DNA of 64,000 nucleotides, taken from contig CM075987.1 of assembly GCA_038087875.1 (NCBI GenBank), positions 18,726,001-18,790,000 of the forward strand, in the 5' to 3' direction. The translations under genes and the position numbers were made by a program. Positions 24,301 to 37,840 of this stretch are shown here, piece after piece. The first letter of the stretch is position 1. Each line of letters opens with the position of its first letter. The notes under the pieces were generated by a model. That model had not been told where the DNA came from. It did not search any database and saw only the letters and a list, made by a program, of their open reading frames with translations. This stretch comes from Malacoraja senta (taxonomy: Eukaryota).

Positions 24301-26752
24301 GAACTAACTAACTCCACATGGACAAAGTTCTGAATAAGAGCCTCCACGTTATCAGCTGTTGAATCTTAAATGTATCAAACACTGTACATTTTCAATATGC
24401 CCTAGTCCTTCCATAAGTACCAGTCCTGCTTTTTTCCACCTACATCATCACAGATATTGGACATTTTGTAACACAATGCTCAGAAACTATATACTGCACT
24501 CTGGTATTTTTCTCTTCAATCTACCTGTTGTACCTGTATATGGCTTGATTGTATTCAAGTATAGTATTATCTGATCTGATTGGATAGTTTGCAAACAAAA
24601 GCTTTTCACTGTATCTTGGTACACCTGACAATAATAAACCTAAACCTAATATAACCCCGAGTAATTTTTCAAACTTACTTCGATGCTGAGCTGGAGGCAA
24701 GTCCAATTCAAGATCTCACTGATGATGCCAGCTTCCCTCCACAAAATCTTCTAATATTGCCTATACTATAGGCAATATTAATATTGAATAAATTAATATT
24801 TGAGTATTGACCTACCTCAAGAAAACTATAGGCTATAGTTTTCCTGAGGTTGGTCAATACTCAAATATTAATTTGTATTACTGCTCGAATATAATTTTGG
24901 AAGAACATGAAAGCAGCAGTATAATTGCAGTCTAACTGTACAAACCTATCTTTTCACTTCACTTCCAAAGTTCAGTATTTTGAAAATTATTTAAACCGGC
25001 AATTGACAATTGACTGGCAATTGACCCTCCCACATTAGCCCGCTCCCCGCAGAAGAAAAAGGGAGAAGAGAAAATTGTGAAAATTCTTAAATACAATCAC
25101 AAAATCTTTGTACCTTTTAAAAGGATGTTATACTACATACAATGAACTGCATACAGCATGCGTTGACAACATTTCAAATGAAATAATAGGTACATCAAGT
25201 TTATATGTTGGGGGACACAAGGAAGAACAGATGCTGAAATCTTTATCAAAACACAAAGTGCTGGAGAAACTCAGTGGGTCAGGCAGCATCTGGGGAGTGG
25301 ATAGACAGGCGACAGTTTGGGTCTGAAGAAAGACCTGAAACATTGTCCATTCCCTCTCCAGGTGCTGCCTGACCACTTAATTCCTCCAGTACTTTGTATT
25401 TTCTTTTATATTTTGGGGGTTTAATGAAATGAAAAAAAATGTCTCTGAAAACTTGCTGCCAGGTTCAATAAAGACTATCCTTCCATATTTATAATGAATT
25501 CCTATACAATATCAATCTGATAAATTAATTGTTCCAGCATCCAACTATGTCACACAACTTGAATACATATTTGTAATAAAAAGGAACTATGGATGCTGGT
25601 TTTTACCAAAGATAAACACAAAATGCTAGAGTAACTCAGCGGGTCAGACAATATCTCTAGAGAAAATGGATAGGTAACATTTTGGATCAGGACCCTTTCA
25701 GAATGATTGAAAGAGGGGTGGAGGGGGCGACGACGACTGGAAGCAAGGAAAAACAAAACCCAGGACAAATCAGGGGCGGCCACAAATGATGTGCTGATGG
25801 GGAAGGGGAAGGGGAAGGGGGAGGGGGTGTTTGTAGAAGTTAACCAAAATGAGTGAATTCAACGTTCATAGAAGAAGGGTTTTGGCCCGAAACATTGCCT
25901 ATTTCCTTCGCTCCATAGATGCTGCCGCACCCACTGAGTTTCTCCAGCACTTTTGTCTACCTTCGATTTTCCAGCATCTGCAGTTCCTTCTTAAACAACG
26001 TGACTTTATGTTGTAAGTTGCACAAGCCCACTGAGTTACTCCGGTGCTTTGTTTCTATCTTTGTTATAAACCAGCATCTGAAGTTCTTTGTTTCTGCATA
26101 AAGTTTGGGTCAGGGTTACATATCACCCTGTACTTGCTGGTGATGGGGGAGGTAATTGGAATATTTGCTGGCAATGCAGCAGAGCAGTTGAGCACATGGC
26201 CCAATCTTGCTGACAAGTAGGTGTGTTAGTTCCCTGTCCCCATCTTTAAACTTTGGAGGTGAGTGTTGAGAGGCCAGGGACAGGGGTTTAAAGAGGCAGT
26301 TAGAAAAGAAGAAAAGCTGAAATTTATCAATGGAGCCCAGGATAGAAATTTATTTTTCTACATTCTTCACCATCTTGCAATCAACAGTAAGTTTGCCTCT
26401 CAGATATTATGTAACAACATTGAAGGCCACTCTGCCCATCGACTTTACACCAGTTTGCAGAGTAAACCCAATGTCTTGTACCTGTCCATTTCTATCCACC
26501 TGATTAACCAGCACCCAATTACACCTTGAGCAATTTAAACTGGTCAATTAATCTAACAATCCACACATCTTTGTAATGTGGAGAAAGACCAGGCAGTCAT
26601 AAGGAAGATTATGTAAACACCAAGACAGGATCAGTTTGAATCTGAGTCACTTGAGCTACATCACCACTTTTCCACCCAAACTTATACCTTTATTTCCTCA
26701 TAGCCAGGCATATCTACTAGTAAGATCACTGCTTTGATCCCACATGATGTTA

Positions 26753-28401
26753 CTGTGCCCTCCATAATGTTTGCGACAAAGACCCATCATTTATTCATTT
26801 GCCTCTGTTCTCCACAATTTGAGATTTGTAATAGAAAAAAAATCACATGTGGTTAAAGTGCACATTGTCAGATTTGATTAAAGGGAATTTTTATACATTT
26901 TGGTTTCACCGTGTAGAAATTACAGCAGTGTTTACACATAGTCCCCCCATTTCAGGGCAACATAATGTTTGAGACACAGCAATGTCATGTAAATGAAAGT
27001 AGTCATGTTTAGTATTTTGTTGCATATCCTTTGCATGCGCAATGACTGCTTGAAGTCTGCAATTCATGGACATCACCAGTTGCTGGATGTCTTTTCTGGT
27101 GATGCTCTGCCAGACCTGTAATGCAGCCATCTTTAGCGTATGCTTGTTTTGGGGGCTAGTCCCCTTCAGTTTTCTCTTCAGCATATAAAAGGCATGCTCA
27201 ATTGGGTTCAGATCAGGTGATTGACTTGGCCACTCAAGAATTGACCATTTTTAGCTTTGAAAAAACTCCTTTGTTGCTTTAGCAGTATGTTTGGGATCAT
27301 TGTCTTGCTGTAAAATGAACTGCCAGCCAATGAGTTTTGAGGCATTTGTTTGAACTTGAGTAGATAGGATGTGCCTATACACTTCAGAATTCATTATGCT
27401 ACTACCATCAGCTGTTGTATCATCAATGAAGATAAGTGAGCCAGTTCCTTCAGCAGCTATATATGCCCAGGTCATAACACCCCCACCACCGTGTTTCACA
27501 GATGAGATGGTATGCTTTGGATCGTGGGCAGTTCCTTCTCTCCTCCATACTTTGCTCTTGCCATCACTCTGATATAAGTTAATCTTCGTCTCATCTGTCC
27601 ACAAGACCTTTTTCCAGAACTGTGGTTGCTCTTTCAAGTACTTCTTGACAAACTGTAACCCGGCCATCCTATTTTTGCGGCTAACCAGTGATTTGCATCT
27701 TGCAGTGTAGCCTCTGTATTTCTGTTCATGAAGTCTTCTGCGGACAGTGGTCATTGACAAATCCTCACCTTACTCCTGAAGAGTGTTTCTGATCTGTCGG
27801 ACAGGTGTTTTTTTCTTCTTCTTTATTATAGAGATAATTCTTCTGTCATCAGCTGTGGAGGTCTTCCTTGGCCTGCCAGTCCCTTTACGATTAGTAAGCT
27901 CACCGCTCTCTTTCTTCTTAATGATATTCCAAACAGTTGATTTTGGTGAGCCTAAGGTTTGGCTGATGTCTCTAAGTTTTATTCTTGTTTCTCAGTCTCA
28001 TAATGGCTTCTTTGACTTTCATTGGCACAACTTTGGTCCTCATGTTGATAAACAGCAATAAAAGTTTCCAAAGGTGATGGAAAAACTGGAAGAAAGACTA
28101 GGTGCTGAGAACTCTCTTATACCTGCATTAAGGAGGCAATTAAACACACCTGAGCAATTACAAACACACGCGAAGCCATGTGTCCCAAACATTATGGTGC
28201 CCTGAAATGGGGGGACTATGTATAAACACTGCTGTAATTTCTACATGGTGAAATCAAAATGTATAAAAATACTCTTTAATAAAATCTGACAATGTGCAAT
28301 TTAACCACATGTGACTTTTCTATTACAAATCTCAAATTGTGGAGTACAGAGGCAAATAAATAAATGACGGGTCTTTGTCCCAAACATTATGGAGGGCACT
28401 G
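26753..28401 (-). mobile_element. Degenerate full-length Tc1 transposon in TMEM250 intron 1
   Basis: TIRs C(A/T)GTGCCCTCCATAATGTTTG with TA flanks. Fragmented transposase ([19 protein letters not shown]) in ORFs 27251-27760 and 26906-27184. Confidence 0.9.
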
Positions 28402-29159
28402 TAACATCTTTAAACAATATTTCTCAGAGATTCTTGGCAGAACACTATTTATTCCAATAAAGATATATATATATCTTGAAAAGGAATGCAAGTAAAACTA
28501 AATGCCATAAAATCATCAACAAAAATGGGGGAAAAACTACGCACAAGCATCTTTTTGAAAACAAAACCACGTTTGGCCCATTAACGAGGAGACACATCTC
28601 ACACGTGTCCAAAGGGCATAAACAACATTGAACAAATCATTCAGCTGATGTTAAGGACCATAGACTCAGTCATACAGCAGGGAAACAGGCCCTTCGTCAC
28701 AACTCATCCTTGTCGAACAGGTGCCCATCTAAACTTGCCCAATTACCTACATTTGGTCCATATCCCTCTAAGCCTTACCCACCCATGTGTCTGTCCAAAT
28801 GTATTTTAAATGTTGTTATTGTACCTGCCTCAGCTACTTCCTCTGGCAGTTCATTCCATATATTTGAAAATGTTGCCCCACGGGCTCCAGTTAAATCTTT
28901 CCCTCTCACCATAAACCCATGTCCTCCAGTGCTTGATCCTACTCGGGATCAAAGACGTGCATTCACCTATCTATTTCCCCCATGATCTTATTCACCCCTC
29001 TATAAGATCACCCCTCATCCTCCTGTGCTGATACATAGCCTGTCCATCCTCTTCCTCCAGCTCAGGCCCTCGAGTTCTGGCAAGATCCTCATAAATATTC
29101 TCTGCGCTTTTCCAGTTTTATGACATGGAGATAAAGGATCAACAAAGATGGGCCTGAGT

Positions 29160-29490
29160 CCTGCGAGGAGCCTCGGGCCTGGCGTCGGTCTCACTCACCG
29201 CTGCGCTCGGTGACCGGGGGCCGCGGGCCTGGAATGGAGGAGCCGCCCAGGGACAGGGATAGGGCCGGGATCTGGGCCGCCCACTGCGGCCGGGGGTGGA
29301 GGAGCCCGGGGCTGGGGTAGTGGCCGTGGCCGGAGCTTGGAGCCACTCACCCGCCAACCGCGGACATCCCCCCGCCGCCCGGTGAGAGGCTTCTCCCGTC
29401 TCCTCAGCGACCGCGCACGCTTTACGGCACGTCGCCCAGCAGCAGCAGCAGCCCTGCCGACGCGCACAACACCCCCCCCCTCACCCTTCC
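29160..29490 (-). promoter_or_regulatory. TMEM250: CpG island / probable promoter and non-coding first exon of TMEM250
   Basis: Only unique GC/CpG-rich island in the window, with GC boxes. Two strong minus-strand donors, G|GTGAGT, with GT at 29198-29197 and 29350-29349. Confidence 0.7.
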
Positions 29491-29494
29491 GAAA

Positions 29495-30005
29495 TTATAT
29501 ATGCAGACACATGAATACATCTATGTACACGCAAGTGTATGACATGTATGGATTCATGTGCATACGTGTGTAACATACATGCAGCCTTGAACACATGTGT
29601 GTGAGACTATGAATTAAAGTGCATATGTGTGAAACATGCATGCATCCATGTACACACATATCTGCATATCTATGAATAACAAATATGCATCCATCTACGC
29701 ACATGTGCATGTCTATGTGTGGTGAACATGCATACATATCTGCGTGATATGCATGCATCCATAGACATATGTGCATGTCCATGTGTGACATGCATGCATC
29801 CATGTAGAGATATGTGGATATATACATGTGACACATGTACATACCCATGTATCCCATATTGGAATCCATGTACTTCTACGCCTTGAAGGTGCACGTCAGA
29901 CATAGATATTCATGTATGTGTATACAAAGGTGCATGCATGTGTCAGCATATATGCATCCATGCAGATGCGAATATCTATTGCGTGCATGGTTATGTAATG
30001 CATAC
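29495..30005. repeat. Purine/pyrimidine-alternating low-complexity tract (CA/TG/ATGCAT-rich)
   Basis: Dense atgcat, tgtaca and acatgt motifs directly upstream of the CpG island. Confidence 0.8.
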
Positions 30006-32283
30006 ATTTATTTGGGGGACTGTAGCCAATATTGGCACACCTGGTATTTATTTCCATCCATAAAAGTCCTTGAGAGGCTGAGTCTGTGCATCGAACCGCT
30101 GCAGTTCATCTGTTGAAGATGCTCTCACACAGGGTGATGGAGGAGGAAGTTCCAGTGACAATGAAGGAGTGGCAATATATTTCCGAGACAGAATAGAGGG
30201 CAGCGGGGAATTTGCAACTGGTGCTCCCTTGTGCCTGTTGTACTTCTTGGGGATGCAGATCACTGGTTGGGGAGCTGCTGCCTGAGAAGGTGGTGAATCT
30301 GTGGAATTCATTGCCACAAACGGCTGTGGAGGCCAAGTCAATGGATATTTTTAAATGGCCGAAATTGACAGATGCTTAATTAATAAGGGTGTCAGGGGTT
30401 ATGAGGAGAAGGCAGGAGAATGGGGTTGACAGGGAAAGATAGATCAGCCATGAGTAGACTTGATGGGCCGAGTGGCCTAATTCTGATTCTGGAAACTATG
30501 AACTTATGAAGGTGGCGCAAGGTATTTCAGAAGCACCTCATCAAGAACTTGAATCACTGGAAATTCCTCCTGAATGACACTGTGGGAGCATCTTGAAGAC
30601 ATAGAAGTGTACAGACCAAGTGCAGGTAAATGGGGTGAGTTTATTGTTGGTCAGCACCGACATGGTGGCTGTAGGGCCTGTTTCTGTGCTGTACTACTTG
30701 AGATTAAATGTGAGTATATACATCTACACATACTTGTCGATGTTCAGATATAATCTGATTAATCGATGGAGCAGATCCCATGAGTCAATGTGGCCTATTT
30801 GTGAACCTATTACTTATACTTTTAGGTGACTGTGCGGATATGTAAAATAACCCAGATAAATGCAAAAATAACATAACTGAAGTCTCTTCAGATTTGACTT
30901 GAAGTTTCTGATAAAGTTGTCAAATCTGAGTCACTGACAGGTGAAAGACTCTTTATCTGTGTTTGTCCGCCACAGCTGAAGTCAAAAGAAATGCAGATGC
31001 TGGAATCTGGAGCAAAAAACAAATGCTGAAGGAACTCAGTGGATCAAGCAGCATCTGTGGAGGTATTTTTTAAATTTATTTACCTGTGGAGGCAAATTAT
31101 TTATTTATTTATTATTTATTTTTATGTTACATGACTGTAAGGAAAATCCATTTTGTTGTCTCTTATGAGATAATGACAATAAATTGAATACAATACAATA
31201 CAATACAATAATGGACAGACAACATTTTGGGTCGGGTCTGAAGAAGGGTCCCGACCTGATTGTTCCCCTCCAGGGATGTCTGTCCCACTGAGTTCCTCCG
31301 GCGCCATGTTTTTATCATCATGGCTGAGTTTGGGCCAAATTGAAAACTGGAGGCTTCAGGTTGGTGGATATCAGTGTGAGCTATCTGCACAGTATACAGA
31401 CAAATGTACAAAATATTATAAAGTGCTGGAAGAACTCAGTGGGCATCTGCGGAGAGAATGACAGGTGACGTTTTGGGGTCAGGATCTTCTTCAGACATTT
31501 CACAGAGAAAGATGGGTGGCTGGATCACACTGCCAAGAGTTGTGATAGAGGCAGATATGATAGTAGGATTTTAGAGGCTTTTAGATGGGCACATGGATAT
31601 GCAGCGTAGGGAGAGACATGGATCAGGTATAGTAGATAAGTTTAACTTGACATCATGTTCGGCACAGACACTGTGAGCAGAAGGACCTGTTCTTGTGCTA
31701 TATGTTTTATTTCTGGATTGAATTAGGAATGTACAAAAATATTCAATAAATCAATAACCCCATTGCTGGTGCAAAAAAGCCTGATGTCTTAGTTTAGTTT
31801 AGTTGAGAGATACAGTGTGGAAACAGGCCTTTCAGCTCAGCAACAGCCAATGATCACCCATACACTACACACAGGAGCAATTTTATAGAGGCCAATTAAT
31901 CTGGAAATCTGCATATGTTTGGAATGTTAGAGGAAACCGGAGTACCCGGATAAAATCAACACAGTCACAGGGAGAATGTGCAAACTACGTACTGACAGCA
32001 TCTGTAGTAAGAATCGAACCTGGGTCTCTGGTGCTGTAAGGTAGCAACTCTAGTGCTGCGCCACTGTGCCACCCCAAAGTCCTTAGTGCAACCAAAGAGT
32101 CGTTAACAGGAATGTCATCAAAGGCCCGCACATTCTGGCCACACTCTTTTCTCGCTCCTACCATCGGGAATAAAATACAGGAGCCTGGCCACCAGGTTCA
32201 AGAACAGCTTCTTCCCGGCAGCCAGGTGACTCTTAAACACTTCCGAACACCAACCTCAGCAACTATGATCTTCTACGGACTAA

Positions 32284-32904
32284 AGGGCCTGTCCCACTTG
32301 GGCGCCATTTGCGCGTCATTTACGTGACATCCTAAAAATTGGTTGTCGTGACGCGCGCATGGTGCATGGTGAGGCGTGGTGGCGTATGCAGTGATGCGCG
32401 GTAACGTGCGGCGCCCCAGGATTTTAGAATGTTCAAAATCCTCGCACACCACCTGCGTGACGTATCCCTTGCGCACGCTGACGTACTGATGACGTACGCT
32501 GACGTAATGACGGCGTATGTGTAGCGCGTGGTGACGCATGCTTACGCACAGTGATGCACGAACATTGCCTATGCTAATTTATTATGCATCACCGTGCATC
32601 AACGTCTGTAACCATGCGCCGCCCGCACACCGTCGGCACGCTATTTGCGTGTCATTTGAGCGCCGCACCACGTGACCACTTGGGTATAAAGCACGCATAG
32701 TTTTGAAAATTTTCCACTGGGAAAATCCTTGCCACGGAGATCGGACTAAGTACGAACGACATCGCAAATGGCTCCCAAAAGAAGCAGGGCCCTCAAGAGC
32801 ACTTGGCGCGCGACTGTCGTACTGCTAGACGATTTTCGCGCGACTGTCGTGCGTCAGACACTACCGGCCTGTCGCGCAAATGACGCCCAAGTGGGACAGG
32901 CCCT
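32284..32904. mobile_element. Non-autonomous PIF/Harbinger-like MITE
   Basis: TIRs AGGGCCTGTCCCACTTGGGCG.CATTTGCGCG; flanks TAA/TAT; no transposase; inserted in a Rex1/Babar 3' fragment. Confidence 0.75.
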
Positions 32905-34477
32905 TATGTCTTCGGTTGCATTACAGACTTTGGGTTTGCAGTGTTATGGCTACTTAGTATTACGATTATTAATTTATTGTATTTTTAGTTATTATGTATT
33001 ATGTATGTGTGTTGTTGCATTTACAGACCTATTAAATTGCAGCAAGTGAGAATTTAATTGTATTGTTGTTAGTGCATATGAAAATTAGGCTCTCTTGAAT
33101 TGCTTCATGTGGGGAGTCTGTGAAATAATTAAGTATTCTCTGGGCAGCTGTATATATTTTGGAGTTATGTCAGAGAAAAAAAGATTTACTTATATATAAA
33201 TTACCTGCAAAAGATTCATGGCTTGGCGTAATGTCCAGAATTGGGTCTGTTCTAATTCCATATTCTGAAAAGTCGCCTTTCAGAGGCATAACTTAGACAT
33301 GGTATTTAGGAAGTTTAATTTACATACGGTTAACAGAATGTCAACAAGAACTCTTCAGACATCTTGCTCCTGTCCAGATTGTTTATGTGCAGCAGTAAAG
33401 TTAGTACTAGTGTACACATCAATAAAAGATTTTGTGATATGTGCCAACAAACCAACACTTATCACATTTAGGGCCATTTGCAACTTTGAGTGTTTGAGGT
33501 CGGCCCTTCGTATCGACTGTTGTCAAGAACTAAAAGTCAACATCACATCTCAGCAATTGGAAAGTAAACTTGCGTCATCTGTCGATGGCAAGTGCTCTAC
33601 TGAGTCACTGACCTGGGTCCCACTGTATCGCTAAACCTGTCGACTATGCTTTTTCTGTTGCCTGATGTCAGCTATGGCAAAGTCAACTCATTGATGTGCG
33701 TGTTTGATCAATAGATTGTAAACCAGAATGTGATTGAATAGGCCTTAAGTGGAATGAGTTCATAGCTGGTTTTACTCCAGTTTGTTGTCCATGAGATTGC
33801 ATTGCACAAAACTACTTAGAAGGCAATATTATTTATCATTAATTTGTAAATCTAATTCAAAGATTTAATTTGAAGTAACATCTTTCACAAAATACCCTGC
33901 AGCCAATAAGCTACAAAAACATGATTGCCAATTTGCAAACAGAAATGCCTTTTCTGAACAAATCAGTTGTCTTGGTAATTTGGGTTGAAGGTTAAAACAC
34001 CCCATTACCAAAAAGAACTCTCCTCGTCTGGAATATCAGCCTGAATTTCGTATCCAAGCTTCTGTTAAAGGCCTTGAACCTTTGTCTCACATTTAGACGT
34101 GTCACCAAGGAGACACTTTAGTAAAGCAGAAGTATTTCTGATCTTGTCTGAGTTCCACTGCATTTCAGAATTTAAAACTACTATGTAACAGATAATTCAC
34201 AGAAAAATAGTTACATTTTGCACAATAAAAGTTGCAGGAGTATTGCATATGGCCCCTTAAACCTGTATTGACTGTCAGAGATTGATTGAATTGACAGATA
34301 CAGCATGGAAACAGGCCCTTGGGCCCACCGAGTTCGCAGCAACCATCGATCACCTGTTCGCATTAGTTCTATGTCACCCCACTTTCCTTTCCACTCCATA
34401 CACACTAGGGACAATTGACAGGGAACAATTAACCTGCAAACCTGCACGTCTTTGGGATGTGGGAGGAAGTCGGAGCA

Positions 34478-35452
34478 ATAGACAATAGACAATAGACAAT
34501 AGGTGCAGGAGTAGGCCATTTGGCCCTTCGAGCCAGCACCGCCATTCAATGTGAGCATGGCTGATCATCCCCAATCAGTACCCCGTTCCTGCCTTCTCCC
34601 CATATCCCCTGACTCAGCTATTTTTAAGAGCACTATCTAGCTCTCTCTAGAAAGCATCCAGAGAACCTGCCTCCACCGCCCTCTGAGGCAGAGAATTCCA
34701 CAGACTCACCACTCTCTGTGAGAAAAAGTGTTTCCTCGTCTCCGTTCTAAATGGCTTACTCCTTATTCTTAAACTGTGGCCCCTGGTTCTGGACTCCCCC
34801 AACATCGGGAACATGTTTCCTGCCTCTAGCGTGTCCAAACCCTTAATAATCTTATATGTTTCAATGAGATCCCATCTCATCCTTCTAAACTCCAGTGTAC
34901 AAGCCCAGCTGCTCCATTCTCTCAGCATATGACAGTCCCGCCATCCCTGGAATTAACCTTGTAAACCTACGCTGCACTCCCTCAATAACAAGAATGTCCT
35001 TCCTCAAATTAGGGGACCAAAACTGCACACAATACTCCAGGTGTGGTCTCACTAGGGCTCTGTACAACTGCAGAAGGACCTCTTTGCTCCTATATTCGAT
35101 TCCTCTTGTTATAAAGGCCAACATGCCATTCGCTTTCTTCACTGCCTGCTGTACCTGCATGCTTACTTTCATAGACTGATGAACAAGGACCCCCAGATCC
35201 CGTTGTACTTCCCTTTTTCCCAACTTGACGCCATTTAGATAGTAATCTGCCTTTCTGTTTTTGCTACCAAAGTGGATAATCTCACATTTATCCGCATTAA
35301 ACTTCATCTGCCATGCATCTGCCCACTCCCCCAACCTGTCCAAGTCACCCTGCATTCTCATAGCATCCTCCTCACAGTTGACACTGCCACCCAGCTTTGT
35401 GTCATCTGCAGATTTGCTAATGTTACTTTGAATCCCTTCATCCAAATCATTA
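34478..35452 (-). mobile_element. Young CR1 (same family as 5169-6705) inserted in an HE1-type SINE
   Basis: ORF 34885-35445 is nearly identical to the RT C-terminus at 5750-6310; (ctattgt)n tail; SINE halves at ~34280-34475 and ~35455-35570. Confidence 0.93.
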
Positions 35453-37258
35453 ATGTACCCGAAGGAAACTCATGCGGTCACAGGGAGAAGGTGCAAATTC
35501 CGCACAGACAGCACCTGAGGTCAGGATCAAACCCAGGTCTCTGGTGCTGTGAGTCAGCTGCTCTACCAGCGTGTTTTTATTTTGGTAAGGAGAGGCAGGA
35601 AGATATATCAGAAGGTCCACGTGTGAGTAACTTTAAACCATTTGACATGGCAACAGGAATATACTGCACCGTGTGAGGGCTGCAGAATTAGAGACATTCT
35701 CATTCAGTTTGTGGATACAGGTGAGGGGGGTTTGATTGGCAAAGGAGTGGAGTAGGTGACAAAGACTAGAGGTGTAAAGGAGACAGAAATGTGTTGGATA
35801 AGGAGGGAAGAGGAGGAGTGAAATGTAAAGACAGAGAGGTAAGAAGGAAAAGGGGATGTAGATGGGAGATGAGTGTACAAAGAAAGGGGAAAGGAGTAGG
35901 GTGACTGAGAGTGTGGGAGATACTGGAAGAAATGTGTGTGGATCTGGATGGTGAAGGGGAGGCAAGGAAAGAAAGAGGAAGAGGTACTAATTAGAAGTGG
36001 AACATTCAACGTTCATATATTCAATGTTCTTACTGTTGGGTTGCAAGCTTTCCAAGGGGAATATTTTATCTTCTTTCTGCATTCATTAAATCAGAACCGA
36101 TTTCATGTTTAGAAACTGTGCATAATAAGTTTCTCTGTTGAAATTAGCAAACAACGCTATTAGTTTTGCTGTAACTTCATTCATTGATCTGAACAGAGGT
36201 ATAATACATATCTTCTTCTGATTGTGTCAGTGGATTAGAAATCAAGCTTCCAAACGGAAAATTGTACAGAGATTTGAGAGCCCCAGGATGTGACTTCTTG
36301 CATGTTCTCTGCATGTCTGATCATATTCCAGCTCAATGGAAAAAAATATTTACAAATCCAATTTGTCTTGAAGGGGGGACTTTTAAATTCGGTACTGATG
36401 TACTCTTAACTATTAATTAACTAAGCTGTTTGTCCGATTTCATTTGCCAACTTCAACACTTTGTCTGAGTGTTAATTCAGAGCCATTTACTGGCGTTTAT
36501 TAAAGACTGCAGTGAAAATAAGGAATAACCATTGTGATGAAGATGGTCAATTGTTGGTTGTTTTTAACAATTTAAATGAATTATAACCACTTTGAAAGAT
36601 TTATGAAATGCTTGCAAGAGCACAAAATATTGCCGGGAGCAAATTTGTTATTGGCACAAACGCAAATACTAATAAAAAAAAGGAATAAAAAAAAATAAAA
36701 GGACATTACACGACAAAATAAATCAGAGATTTGCACATATTAAAAGGGTTTACTCCTGTCGTTAAATGCCCTGATTGGCTCTACCAGCAGGATTTAAAGT
36801 TAAATTATGCAAAATCAAAAACAAACCTTATAACACTTAATCAAGCATGTGTTAAAACGTCAAGGCTTGAATACATCTTCTCAATTAACTTGCTTGAGAT
36901 TGTGATTGCTCCTACTAATTTAATCAACACTGAAATAATTCTGGGACTGAGTGATGATAAATGGTAGATACAGCACCCTCAGAGATGGTGGAAGACTGTG
37001 CTGATGTAAGGAATAGGAAAAGGTATGCTTAACACTCAGTATGTGATTTGCTGATGATTTATCCTGGCTTGGGTGATCACAGGGCAAAATCCAGCCGAAT
37101 GCAATAATTCAATCGGGAAAGAAAAGTATCAAAAGGGGGATGAAGTGAAGGGACAAAAGAAAAAGAAAGTGATCAGAATGAAGGGAGAAAGGAAAGAAGT
37201 AAATGAAAGGAAAATTTAAAAAAAAGGAAGAAACTGCAGATACTGGTTTACATTGAAA

Positions 37259-37443
37259 ATAGACACAAAATACTGGAGTAACTCAGCAGGTCAGGCAGCA
37301 TCTCTGGATAGAAGGAATGTGTGACGTTTCGGGTTGAGACCCTTCTTCAGTCTGAAGAATGGTCTCTACCCGAAATATCACCCATTCCTTCTATCCAGAG
37401 ATGCTGCATGTCCCGCTGAGTTATTCCATCATTTTGTGTCTAT
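37259..37443. mobile_element. Penelope-derived palindromic element with hammerhead-like cores
   Basis: ~90 bp inverted arms centred at 37351; minus strand 37350-37323 reads CTGAAGAAGGGTCTCAACCCGAAACGTC. Confidence 0.75.
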
Positions 37444-37499
37444 CTTCACTTGTATATCTATCATGCTTATCATTAATAGAGTGTCCTAAATGCATTGCA

Positions 37500-37840
37500 G
37501 ATGATGAACAACTTCTTATGTCTAGCCAATGTTGCAATGAAAGAATTTCTGCAGCCATTATGTGTACAGCAAGCTCTCAGAAACACCTATCTAATTGTGA
37601 TCAATCAATCTGCTTTAGTGATAATGTCTGCAGGCTAAAAATTGATCAGAACACTGGCAGAACATAGGCCCAGGGTCTTCTTCAAAATATTGGTATGGCC
37701 ATCTTGAGGGAAGGCAATTCGCTGTTCAACTCATCTGAAAGCTAGCTCCTCCAAATGTATCCACTGTACTGTTTGGGTAGACTGAACTGAAGTCTAGCTC
37801 TGCCATGAGTTCTGACTATGGATTTAAGCTATGTCCCATA
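37500..37840 (-). mobile_element. Ancient Deu-domain SINE (SacSINE1-like) remnant
   Basis: Degenerate match to the recalled DeuSINE consensus (cagcaagctc.ca.aaaca, tcttcttc.aaata.tg..atgg, ctcatc.gaaag). Similar remnants at ~33880-34110 and ~62880-62960. Confidence 0.45.

Noticed and set aside
29495..29869. His/Met/Cys-rich 124-aa ORF resembling a metal-binding protein
   Set aside because: Composition is a direct result of the alternating CA/TG tract.
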